Below, piece after piece: positions 11,634 through 24,070 of a stretch of 64,000 bases of DNA. The notes beneath the pieces were generated by a model. The model did no database searches and was not told where the DNA came from. It worked only from the letters and a program-made list of their open reading frames with translations. This DNA is from Octopus sinensis. Taxonomy: Eukaryota. Positions within the stretch are counted from its first letter, which is position 1. Each line of letters opens with the position of its first letter. The position numbers were made by a program, and so were the translations under genes. The stretch is from contig NC_043004.1 in assembly GCF_006345805.1 (NCBI RefSeq), positions 62,062,001 to 62,126,000 of the forward strand. Reading direction: 5' to 3'.

Positions 11634-13379
11634 GTAAATTTGCCCTACGAATATGCTGTTAACCACGATGCTCTTTAGCACTAGAGGTTACTAGGTCACG
11701 TAGATATACGATCAAAGGAGTGCTATGAACAACCCGTCTCATGTGTTCCTAGAAATGGCTTGTTGGTGAATGCCTTCTTTTAGGGGGTGTAGGGAATAAT
11801 TTAAGGGACATTTAAGGAACATTGGTAGTATCGTTTCCTAGCCGTGCAAAATAATTAGCATCATTTATTCCGACTTGATGTTCTGAGTTCAAATTCTGCC
11901 AAGTGCGGTTTCATCTTTCATCAACCTACTTAAAAATATGTGCCAGTCAAACATTGGGGACGAATTATCGATTATCACACTCCCCTAAGACTTCTAGCAT
12001 TCTGCCTATAGTTGACAAAATTAAGAAATATTTAGCTGTTATATGTAGAAGATTTAATGTCTCAAAGAATAGTAACGCAAGAAGTATATACTTCAAGTCC
12101 TATTCGAAAAATATAATAAACGACCAGAGACGAAAGGTCGCAGATTTAAGAAGAACACTTGATGCTTTTATCACAAGTGAATATATCGAGATATGTATTC
12201 AAAGGGCAACAGTGGAATCAACAAACCAATATCCGTCTATGATAAATTTAACTTGAAATTCTGTAATCACCAACGTAAGAAGAGGTATAAATGCCTACAA
12301 TGTCGATATAGCATAGGCACAAGGCGTGAAACTTTGTGGAGATGGATGCTTGTTGATAACATCGATCCCAGTAATTTAAACGTTACTTATTTTATCGGGC
12401 GAAATGTGAATTCTGAAAGTAATGACGGACGAAATATTATCAAGCATTTCGACTGGCGTATTAACTATTGTCCGTGCTCAGAGCTTTACACAAAACCATA
12501 ATCGCGAAACACAAATATCGGTAATCATTTTACACTTATTATTTGTTTTATTATTGAAAGAACAGAAATTCGGGATCTATAGAACATCAATCAGATAATT
12601 TGTGATGTTTAGATGCGACCATTATTATACTGATTTCAAACTAACGACATGTCATCTTCCATTGTTTTAAGTTATTAAAGTGGTTCAGTCTACGATAGTG
12701 CACTCTAACATTTTGCGTAAGTGAACTACTAGTATATTTACAGATATAACATCTTATCATCACATAATTTCTTTCCTGTTTCTGTGTTATATTTTTGTTT
12801 TTTTCTTTATGCATCTTTGATGAAGGATATATGAAATATCTATAATAATAACAACGAAATTCTTTCTGTTTATCCGCCTATGGTTTAGACATGGAGTGTC
12901 TTTTTGGAATCAGGATGAACCCAGGATTGAAAATCTGCCCTTTATTTGGTTCTTGAATATCCAGCATAGGGATCAGTTCTGCAAAAGTATTTATGTGCTG
13001 AAATTTGGGAGTTCAAATTTTAAGTGAACTTCAAAAATTTGTGATTTTCATTTAAACTAAATGTAAATTAATGCCATATAGATAGGGTAGTGATAAATTT
13101 TCTTTTTTTTTTGCTGTTTTTATTATTGCTGTTTTAGTTTCGAGCCGCATGACTAATTAGCCCTCTCCAGTAGCTACCTTAAAATAATGATTATTGACAA
13201 ACTCCAAACAGGCAAGCGCACACATATGCATAAACAGGCACGCACATATACACGCACACACATACACACGCGCGACAATATCATTCATAAATAAATACGG
13301 AGATTTAAACTCCCGAGTCGCGAAAATCCAAAATTGTGCAAAGTATAATAATATCTTTCTCTTGAGCAATACTTCATTA

Positions 13380-14276
13380 CAAGGCTGATTTAACTTCTCA
13401 CGCTTTCAATATTTTACACTGAAGAAGATGGTTGTCTCAAAATAAACCCAACGCTGTATAAATACACCCGTCTTTCCCATATATATGCATATATATATAT
13501 ATATAGGTTGATGTATGCATAGATAGACAGACAGACATACACATAGATAGATAAAAGTAGAACTGGGGTAAAAAAGCTCCCAAACAAATAAACACGTAAG
13601 CTAATATATTAATGTACATAGAGGTATTTCGCTTCACATCATTTAAAACTGAATGTAAAAGGATAATTAAAGGCAGTTAAAAAAACTTCCTTCTTTCATT
13701 TACAGTTTGCCGAAAATATGCACGCTCAAAAATATGCGTTTAAAATTATATAGGTTTCAAGTTTTGGCACAAGGTCCATTTGTTTTGTGTTATTATTAAA
13801 CTGCTAGTTTATCGACCCGAGTGGATGGAAATCAAATTAGACCTTGGCGAAATTTGAACGTAATTACAGACGGAATGCCTCTAAGGATTTAATCCGGTGC
13901 AGTAACGATTTTGTCACTTCGCCGCCAGATGCTTTAAAACTCAAATCAAGCTATGACTTTACTAAAATTAACATGCATTATTTGTTTAACATTTTCCTGC
14001 GTAAGTTGATGGTGTCGCTCCTTTCAGATCAGATCTACTCCTTCAACGACCATGCTATACATCCACATTACTGATGGACATCACTGCATGCACGTGCATC
14101 AATCCATAGTCCCATATGTTTACTAGAGTTTCACGAACATTCCATAATATGAATATATTGGAAACAATTTACAATCAGCTATGCGATGGCATAATCTTAC
14201 TGGATTACTATGTCAATCTTACCCAATCCGCATATAATATCGCTGGGAAAAGTCATTAGAAAATGTAGTTCTACTT

Positions 14277-14365
<89 letters not shown>

Positions 14366-14393
14366 CATCTATCTATCAATCTATCTATTTATC

Positions 14394-14424
<31 letters not shown>

Positions 14425-14426
14425 TC

Positions 14427-14517
<91 letters not shown>

Positions 14518-14714
14518 ATCTATATGTCTGTCTGTCTATCTAGTTATGCATCCATCCACCTATATATATATTTATTTATCTATCATCTATCTTTATGCAA
14601 ATATATGCATATATATGTGAAAGACGGGTGTGCTTACACATCGTTGGATCATTTTGAAACATCCATCTTCTTCAGTGTAAAATGTTGAAAGCGTGAGAAG
14701 AAAACTCAGCCTTG
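13380..14714. mobile_element. Non-autonomous TIR element with long TIRs and flanking TA (Tc1/mariner-type)
   Basis: TA|caaggctga...tcagccttg|TA (TA at 13378-79 and 14715-16). Left arm 13380-13565 is the inverted copy of right arm 14268-14714 once the (TCTA)n expansion is removed. No transposase ORF inside. Confidence 0.75.
14277..14520 (+). repeat. (TCTA)n microsatellite inside the right TIR
   Basis: Visible tandem TCTA units. Confidence 0.95.
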
Positions 14715-14731
14715 TAAAGTTATTAGAAAAA

Positions 14732-15151
14732 GCACAGGAATGGCTGTGTGGTAAGTAGCTTGCTTACAAATCACATGGTTCCGGGTTCAGTCCCAATGCG
14801 TGGCAGCTTGGGCAAGTGTCTTCTACTATAGCCTCGGACTGACTAATGTATTGTTATTGGATTTGGTAGACGGAAACTGAAAGAAGCCCGGCGTATGTAT
14901 TATGTATATATATGTATGTGTGTGTATATGTTTGTGTGTCTGTATTTGTCCCCCCCACCAACATCTCTTGACAACCGATGCTGGTGTCTTTACGTCCCCG
15001 TAACCTAGCGGTTCGGCAAAAGAGACCGGTAGAATAAGTACTAGGCTTACAAAGAACAAATAATTGGCTCGACTTGCTCGACTAAAGTCGGTGCTCTAGC
15101 ATGACCACAGTCAAATGACTAAAACAAGTAAACGAGTAAAAGAGTAAAAGA
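14732..15151 (+). mobile_element. tRNA-derived SINE, family A
   Basis: tggctgtgtggtaagtagcttgcttac...ggttcagtccc...ttgggcaagtgtcttctactatagcctcgg, internal (TG)n, tail gtaaaagagtaaaag. Confidence 0.9.
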
Positions 15152-15321
15152 CGTACTACTCAGGAAAAAGAGGACGGATATGCAATGTGCTCGACTAAAA
15201 TAATATACATGTTGATGCATCGTGATACGCATAGATATATGTGATGAACATTCACTTTTGATAACATTGTTATTGTTTGAGATATTTTGGTTTCAATTAC
15301 CATCAGAGTAATATATCTATC

Positions 15322-15706
15322 GTGGAGGCGCAATGGCCCAGTGGTTAGGGCAGCGGACTCGCGGTCATAGGATCGCGGTTTCGATTCCCAGACCGGGCGT
15401 TGTGAGTGTTTATTGAGCGAAATCACCTAAAGCTCCACGAGGCTCCGGCAAGGGATGGTGGTGATCCCTGCTGTACTCTTTCACCACAACTTTCTCTCAC
15501 TCTTACTTCCTGTTTCTGTTGTACCTGTATTTCAAAGGGCCGGCCTTGTCACTCTCTGTGTCACGCTGAATATCCCCGAGAACTACGTTAAGGGTACACG
15601 TGTCTGTGGAGTGCTCAGCCACTTAGACGTTAATTTCACGAGCAGGCTGTTCCGTTGATTCGGATCAACCGGAACCCTCGTCGTCGTAACCGACGGAGTG
15701 CTTCCA
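15322..15706 (+). mobile_element. tRNA-derived SINE, family B (apparently full length)
   Basis: A box TGGCCCAGTGG (15334-15344) and B box GGTTTCGATTCC (15377-15388), followed by a non-tRNA body. The head is shared with 22311-22613. Confidence 0.9.
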
Positions 15707-16298
15707 ATATATTTCATTGCTTCTTTACTCAAAAAGAAAAAATGACAGGAAACAAATGCATTAATTCACTGGCATATAGGTGGTATTTAATTGCTAATTA
15801 CATTCACAAAATTCTGAAATAGCCAGTGTTTTTACATTTACAAAACTCTGTTAGGGTTCCATTCCTAATTGCCTATTCAATAAAATAATCCCCTAAACAT
15901 GTAAAATAAACGGAATTGAATATGTTGGGTTCTATATCTATTGAGCGGTAATAGATGACAAGCTAATAGAACCATTGTAGAGAAACAAATATGCTGAATA
16001 CATAAATAGTTAAATAACAGGAAATGAATTAAATGGAGATGGGCTGAAATATATAAATACATGAAAAAGTATATTTGAAAGATTTCAAACGCAAAGGATA
16101 ACACATTGGGAGATTGTCATATGATTGCTGTTCAATCACAGCATGAATTCAAAATTTGAAATATAAGCGGTGTTTTAAAATTGAATATGAGATATAAATA
16201 GGTGGCAGAAATCACAAGTCTAAAAATAATGATAATGATAATGAGGATGGTGATGATGACAGATAAAAGTGTTTGTGATTGAGATGGTGATAATGAAA

Positions 16299-16337
<39 letters not shown>

Positions 16338-16884
16338 GTGATCATGATCATGATTATAAGAATTTAGCTGTTTGATAGATTCATTAACTTAAGGATTGCA
16401 ACGCACACGTATCTTGGATTATCTTAGGACAATCGGAATCAATGAGGAATAATGTGAAATACTAGGTAAAGCGAAAATATGCTGAGGAATTTTGCAGGGG
16501 GACTCACTATTTCTATAAGTGAGTCAAAGATAAAGCAAACTCCGTAAATGTAGAATCTGCAGGAAAGGCTATAGGAGTATCAATTACCTTTTAAGTCAGT
16601 GCAGTATACCAGCACAAAAGGCGCATAAACTGAAGCCTGACTATGTGGACAAAAAAGTGATCTATGTTGTTTGCAGTGTATGTAGCTTTAAAACGACAAA
16701 ATGCGGCATGAACGCGAAGCTGAATTGCTGCTAGAAAATCAGAATTACAGGTTTTTGTGAGACTTCCCCTTAAAGACTGACTATATAACTGAAAGGAAGG
16801 AGACTGGATATGATTATAGTAAAAATAATGAAAAAATAGCATCTCATGAGGCGGAGGTGGAGGAGGAGGAGGAGGGGGAGAAGA

Positions 16885-16931
16885 AAATAATAATAATAAT
16901 AATAAGAAGAAGAAGAAGAAGAAGAAGAAGC

Positions 16932-16962
<31 letters not shown>

Positions 16963-17045
16963 AAGAAGAAGAAGAAGAAGAAGAAGAAGAAGAGAAGAAG
17001 AAGAAGAAGAAGAAGAAGAAGAAGGAGGTGGAGGAGAAGGAGAAG
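16885..17045 (+). repeat. (AAT)n/(AAG)n microsatellite
   Basis: Visible tandem trinucleotides; these account for the poly-L/S/F stretch of the 16591-17049 ORF. Confidence 0.95.
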
Positions 17046-17147
17046 ACAATTTTATAGAAGATCATGATGACGATGATGACGGAAATAATGATGATAATGA
17101 TGATAATAAATATAACCAGAGAGGTGATATTAGCTTGTAATATTCCG

Positions 17148-17371
17148 CACTACTTCTGCTCGTGATCAGAGATGCACATATCGTCAGCCACTAAGGGACA
17201 TGCTCAACTGGTTAAGGTCAAACAACTGACAAGCAAATCTCTGGTATTGAGAAGAATATTTGCTGTAGCTCATCTTTTATACCAAGACAAAAAAATGTAC
17301 ATGATAACACTTCCAATCAGTTAAGATCAGAAGCCATGAGAGCTACTGTCTGGTACTGCATCAGGGCATTT
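17148..17371 (-). mobile_element. Partial copy of the ~550-bp (AAT)n-associated element
   Basis: Matches 26830-27050 (ctgctcgtgatcagagatgcacatatcgtcagccactaagggac...ggtactgcatcagggcattt) and abuts (TTA)n at 17371-17432. Confidence 0.9.
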
Positions 17372-17381
17372 ATTATTATTA

Positions 17382-17433
<52 letters not shown>

Positions 17434-17434
17434 G

Positions 17435-18280
17435 TTACGCACAAATTTTCTGTATTTGGAATCAATGTCTTTGATACGGGCTCACAACCAGTTTCTATTG
17501 ATAATAAGTAAATTTCTTACTAGAGCAGGTTTCTGTATTAATGCAACTCAGACTGTCATAACGAATTCAATATAATAATATAGCTGTTGGTGACGGATTC
17601 TTGAACAACTATAACACCTCGGATTAATCTTCTAGAAAACTATCTCAGTTTTTGCATTTCCCTGAGCTATTATTTTATTTACCCTGATCTTTCACCGCTA
17701 CATTCTATCCACAAATATAGCCTTATCTATGTCACTGTACTCTTTTACCGCTTGTCCAGAACGGTAAATTCTGGTCCTTTTGCTTGAAGTCAGTGGTCAG
17801 CGTATACTGCAAAATCTTATGAAAGCGTATGTTAATCGTTCTCTTATACACATTCTGGTTGATTTCGGCACATTCTCTTTTTATTTCAAATACTTTTTGC
17901 CGTAATACGTCCCAGGAATAAAGGAACGTGCTATATGCATAGCAGATTCCACTCTCTCATTACATATTCTACACGTAGCTCTTTTCGCTCTTCATCTCAT
18001 TTTCCTTTATTGACATACGTCGGCAGTGCCTGGTGTCATGCAAACATTATAAGTCCTTCCGTTTTTTCTTTCTTCAGTTCTGTTTTTTTCTTAAGAGCTT
18101 CATTCATCGCTTCGACAACTGAGTGTTTACCTACAGTTCGATGACTTATTAAAACATGGAAAACCTTCAAGAATAAGTTGAAGACATGAGGAACGGTAGC
18201 AATATATAGATCGAGGCGGGGAAACCACTGTTTCCATGCTATATCCCATTTTGTGACCGAGAGTATCAATACACTAAGGG
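17435..18280 (-). mobile_element. Old R4/Dong-like REL-LINE 3' fragment
   Basis: - strand: LKKEKTEGLIMFA (ETEGxIxAAQ motif), CRICNERVESAMHIA zinc knuckle, terminal IQKPAL-like segment. Ends at a (TAA)n tract. Confidence 0.7.
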
Positions 18281-20810
18281 AGTAGTAAGAACAGGAGAAT
18301 TTACAAGTTATGAAATATGAAAGATCATGAATTCAGAACAAATATAATGCATGTTGTATAAGAAGATAATCTCCTGATTCAAATACATGATAAAGTGTGT
18401 GAGATCCTGGTTTGGAATACACTACTAAGAAGCAATATTTTTGAGTGAAGTGGTCAGTCACGGGAATTACCAGAGACAGGTTACCAATCCCTACAGGTAT
18501 GGTTGGTGTCATGGATTTTATAGTGGAAAGCTGCAGTCAAGTATGTGTAAATGAAATACATGTACACACTCATAATCGCTTTGAGTGGGATTCAAACACC
18601 AATCCCTATATTAAATCTACGCCGGGTTATTGTATACACCTATAAACAGATGTATATGCAGTTACAAACACATGCATACACAAATATTTATTGGTCATCA
18701 AAATCTCCGTCGTCTCCATCACACTGAACATCATATAACGTTTCCTTTACAACACGTCTCAAGGTTTTCATGATCACTTCGTTTCAGACCCCATTTCCAT
18801 TATACAACATCGACCAGGCATTCACGAAGCGAGCACCACCAACAGTAACTTTATCATAATTACCAATATCATTATCAGCATCCGACTTTGATTACTTTAA
18901 AGGCCCTCAGTATGTTCACCAGCAGCATCACTAAAATCAAATCCACGCTAAAAGCTACATCGCCAACATTATTATTATGATATCGAAATACATTAGCACT
19001 ATCATTACCATCGCTACTACAAATAACAACACTAAAGCCGTTGTAATTATCGTATATTTCCTCCTGTTATTAAATTCAATTTTATTATCGATACCTTATA
19101 AGCCACAAGGGCTTCTCTTTAGTTTCGTTTCAGACATTCTGGCGGTTTCAACCGAAGGAAACAAAAGACAAACTTTATTGTGAACAGTTTTCTTATTTTT
19201 ATTCTTTTGACGTCGACTTTTTCGGGAGGGTTTTAACCACAATTCACATGGCTGTTGTCTCTGTTGCAGCTGATAATGTATTTGATTTATCGCATTTCTG
19301 CACGCATCAAGTGAACTATCGTTTTCTTCGTTGCATGCGCTACTATTCTACTGTATCTTCAAGCCAATTTACGTAGAAATTTTACTTGACACAATGTATG
19401 TTTTCTCTCAAATGTTGGGTATGTGTAATTTGTAAGTGATTTGACTAATATATCTAACGTTAAACGTTGATTTAAATTTAATTTTTTGTTTAATCTTAAT
19501 CTATAGACTCTTCTTTTATACCTATAATGAAAGATTTTTCCATTCATTACTAACCTATCCCTATAGATTTATTTTTTTTCCTCACATGGCTTTCGATTGG
19601 TAAACCAATGTATTACATTTCATACGGTGACGTGGCACTGCCTTTCGGATGCAGGTGATTATGCAGTTCCTATTAGCCACCACGGATGTCAGGACAGCTT
19701 GGCCTGTAGTAGTAGTTCCTTTGAAAGAACAATTATATAGCAGACGTGGATGGTGCTAGTGCATACAGAATGTTAGAAGATTGTTGGCTCTTTGATATAC
19801 GTTGCACAAGCCCAGAAATATCAATATATGATTTGATACTATATTTACAAAGCTAGTTAACAAAAGGTTAAACACGACTTGTGGCACCAGAGTAAAATAC
19901 TAGCCATAAGAATTGTAAAGAATTGTAAAGAATCTGGCGGCTAACAAAAGGATTATGATGTATCACACTCCGGAAAAATCATAAATCTTCAAAGTATACC
20001 TTGGACGCAAACGGCCAACTATACTTCTGAGCGTAGCACATGAAGTGAAACAGAGTGAATGATAGAATGAGAGAGAGAGAGAAGGAGACGGAGGGGGTTA
20101 TTGAATAATGTTCTATTATCGAATGAAGTGTAAGATAATACATGTAATTTGAAGACGGTTGTGAGTGAGGAATAAGATTGCTAATGGTAGAGAAATGATA
20201 CTCATATTTTGATCTGGTAAAATGATCATACATTTTCTCTGTTCTCGGTGCCTGCACAGTCAGTAATGCAATTAGGAAGGGTTTGAAAAGTTAGATTCGT
20301 TCAGAATACTATTCGCATCACCCAAGTTAGGAGATAGAAACTGTCCAGTTTACCCGTTTACGTTTTGCGTTTTAATTTAAAAATCGTTTCATTTCATATT
20401 TACCCTAAAGTATATGTTTTGATGGATTCATTTCCTTCCCATTAAATTCAGGTCCTCCTCATTATGTTTTGTTTATTTATATTTATTTTAGTATTCATTT
20501 TCTAAATTGAATAATCGAAAAATATGTAATAAAATATATCGAATAACTAGACATATAATGGACAATCTAGAAAATTGAACGTAATACAGGAAATGAGTTT
20601 TATTCTGAAGAATTGACTGATAAAATAAAGGAAATTTTTTTTATAGAGATGGCGCACATACAAATTCATATAACTATAAATACATACATACATGCATATA
20701 TATATGTAATGTATATGTGTATATATATTCGTGCATATATAAATGTAGTTATATGTATTTATATGTATCTGTGCATATATATATATATATTATATATATA
20801 TATATATATG

Positions 20811-20872
<62 letters not shown>

Positions 20873-21460
20873 ATAACGAATATCTCTAATCAGTAAGCAT
20901 AATGCATTTTGAAAGTCTACAACCGACATTGATGTAATATTAATGAAATCATTTTTATAAATTTTAATATACACATTATTAACAGACGAAAACGAAATTA
21001 AAGTATCGACATCTGGGCATGTTGGCTCTTCAGCATAATCACATACATTCAATGAGTTAGTCCGTTTTTCAGTGCCTACTGTAGAAACTAATAATAATGC
21101 CTATTGCTGTCTGCTGACATGGCTGTTAATTCTAGCATAACTCACTGCACTACTTAATATAATTTTGATAATATTAAAACACGCTTAAAATTGAGTTCGG
21201 TTAAATATCCGTTCCCTTGAATTCGAAAAAGAAATGAGCATCGACATAAGGTGAAACAATACATATGGTAACGGTGAGCATTTTAAGAAAACCAACCTAT
21301 CATATCAAAACTTGTTATGTGTACAACGCATTCTCTGTAATGACCTTAGATCCAATTATTAATCGCAGACTCACAAATTTTATTACATTTAAAATATATT
21401 AAATATTTCATGCCGATTAGCAACTCAAAAAATCCAAAATATACGTATCTCTCGAATTAG

Positions 21461-21538
21461 GGTATAGGTGCAAACGTGACAAAGAGAACAGTCATGGTAA
21501 AAAGTGCAACATTGTAACAGACGAAGACGTGGCTACAG
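21461..21538 (+). CDS. Candidate exon (78 nt, phase 1-1) with partial EGF-like spacing
   Basis: aattag|GG TAT AGG TGC...GCT ACA G|gtaaaa translates as GYRCKRDKENSHGKKCNIVTDEDVAT. The acceptor pyrimidine tract is weak. Confidence 0.25.
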
Positions 21539-21784
21539 GTAAAAACTTGAGATCCAGACATGGTTGCAGAATGTGGACGTATGAACAGATATAGACTTCA
21601 CAGGTGTAGGCTGCATTACAACGCAGACGCGGTGATGTGGTTGAGAAGCTTGCTTCCCATCATACTACATGAGGTTCAGACTCACAGCGAGATATTTGGA
21701 ACGTCGTTTTTGTAAATATATCTCCGAGAGGACGTCAGCTTGTGGGTTGAACAGAGGAGAATTGCTACCTATTTGATTTATCGC

Positions 21785-21875
21785 ATCAGATGTTGCTACA
21801 CATCGCTGGTCACGATGCGTTCGCATTGTTTTAGCCTTCGAATGACGCCACCCCGCTGGCTAAGCGAGCAGGCCA
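21785..21875 (-). mobile_element. 3' fragment of SINE family B'
   Basis: Near-identical to 22335-22420 (catcgctggtcac.atgcg.tcgcattgttttagccttc.aatgacgccaccccgctggctaagcgagca). Confidence 0.85.
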
Positions 21876-21876
21876 G

Positions 21877-21953
<77 letters not shown>

Positions 21954-22310
21954 CGTGTGTGTGTGTGTGTGTGTACGTATGTATGTATATATATATATAC
22001 ATATATTTATATATAAACGGATGTTTGCAATGCCCCATTAAAAAAGAAAATTGAAATGCTACTAAATACGACTAGGCTACTGGGAAACACCTACATTGCA
22101 AGAAATAAGAGAGCTACACCGTTCTAATGCTGTTGTTAACGCCCATGATTGAAAACATATACCCTAACATAGAACGGCATAGTACCGATCGAGAGTTCTT
22201 AATACTGACGCATTACTACTGGCGATTTCAGTTACCTCATCAGTTAAGACAGCTCGAACGTCTTTCTGGATTGGCCCTTTTCGGACAATTATATAAAAAT
22301 ATCTATATAT

Positions 22311-22613
22311 ATCACGTGATCGACCAGGCTATCAGTATGTTGCTGTACATCGCTGGTCACAATGCGCTTCGCATTGTTTTAGCCTTCAAATGACGCCACC
22401 CCGCTGGCTAAGCGAGCAAGCTAACAGAAGAAAGAGTGAGAGAAGCTGCGGCGAAAGAGTACAGTAGGGATAGCCACCCCACCCTGCCGGAGCCTCGTGG
22501 AGCTTTAGGTTTATTCGCTCAATAAACACTCACAACGCCCGGTCTGGGAATCGAAACCGTGATCCTACGACCGCGAGTCCGCTGCCCTAACCACTGGGCC
22601 ATTGCGCCTCCAC
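22311..22613 (-). mobile_element. tRNA-derived SINE, family B' (family B head, different tail)
   Basis: The - strand head gtggaggcgcaatggcccagtggttagggcagcggactcgcgg is as in 15322. The sequence diverges after 'ctctcactctt'. Confidence 0.9.
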
Positions 22614-22616
22614 ATA

Positions 22617-22724
<108 letters not shown>

Positions 22725-23204
22725 ATATACATACCTGTGTTTGTTAACGTATATGTTTTCATTCTATTGCATTAAGTACAGCCCTGGAGCGGTTTAGCTC
22801 TTATTTCTTGTAACATAAGCTTTCTCTTACACCCTCCTGGTATTTCGTGACTCCTTTTTGTTGAAATACCCCACTTTGTTGCAATATTAAGAATTGATGT
22901 GTATTTTAATTTTATGTATACACATTATCGAATTACTAAATCATCCATTTATTTGGATGAAGTAAACATAAATTCAAATGGCGACGCGAGTGCAGAAAGA
23001 TCCGAAGTGGAGCTGTCTTAACTGATGGGGCAACGGAAATAGACGGAAACGGAACACATTAATATTAATAATTCTAGATCGGCACTTTTCGGACAATATG
23101 GACCTTGTTAGTGTATATGTTTTCATTTACATGCGTTCACTACAACATTAAAGTGGTTTACCTATTACTCTTAGGAATATAGGCGTTGCTTAAGACCCTA
23201 ATCG

Positions 23205-23265
<61 letters not shown>

Positions 23266-23368
23266 CTTTATTTTAAGCAGCAGAAAATTCAACAAAATCT
23301 GTTACTCTGAGTTTCTCGTTGCCGTTCATCAGACAGTTTTTGCTAGAATATATATATATATGTATGTG

Positions 23369-23399
<31 letters not shown>

Positions 23400-23410
23400 A
23401 TATATATATG

Positions 23411-23448
<38 letters not shown>

Positions 23449-23526
23449 ATTATATATGTGTGTGTGTGTATATATATATATATATGTATATACATTTATA
23501 TATGTATGTATGTATATGTATGTGTG

Positions 23527-23571
<45 letters not shown>

Positions 23572-23929
23572 ATATATATATACACATACACACATATATA
23601 TACATACATACATATACACGTGATTGATATTGTGAGAGGTACTCAAGTATGCAATCAAATAATTATAAATGCAAGAGGAATGGGATTTTATATTAAATGA
23701 GACTGAGATTATACAAATTGTAGAAAATTAAGAAATATAGATTATTTCCTATTCCGGGCACTTGATTTCTAATCTTAGAATTAAAATGCAGAAATTATAC
23801 GAATCCAACCACTTAGATGCTATGTATTTTGATAAAGATTTAACAGATTTTATTAATGGAACGGGGTTTCTTAAATGCTTCGTTTGCTTGCTTACAGTTA
23901 AATCAAGCAAGACCAAAATTACACCAACG

Positions 23930-23941
23930 TTTAGTAGTAGT

Positions 23942-24035
<94 letters not shown>

Positions 24036-24070
24036 AGGCAGCAGCAGCAGCAGCAGCAGTAGTATTATTA
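23930..24070 (+). repeat. Compound (TAG)n/(CAG)n microsatellite
   Basis: Alternating blocks of agt and agc units. Confidence 0.95.

Noticed and set aside
11903-12501. Two overlapping ORFs (117 and 102 aa) in non-repeat sequence
   Set aside because: No recognisable domain and no convincing splice pair. Coding cannot be excluded, but there is no support.
15322-15400. tRNA-like sequence with A and B boxes (also at the other SINE heads)
   Set aside because: It continues into a SINE body and occurs in multiple diverged copies; no complete cloverleaf or terminator is evident, so it is not called a tRNA gene.
16588-16788. - strand segment with a strong acceptor (ctccttcctttcag) and donor (AAG|gtaatt), 201 nt
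   Set aside because: All three frames contain a stop (the longest ends one codon before the donor). It could be a non-coding exon but is unsupported as CDS.
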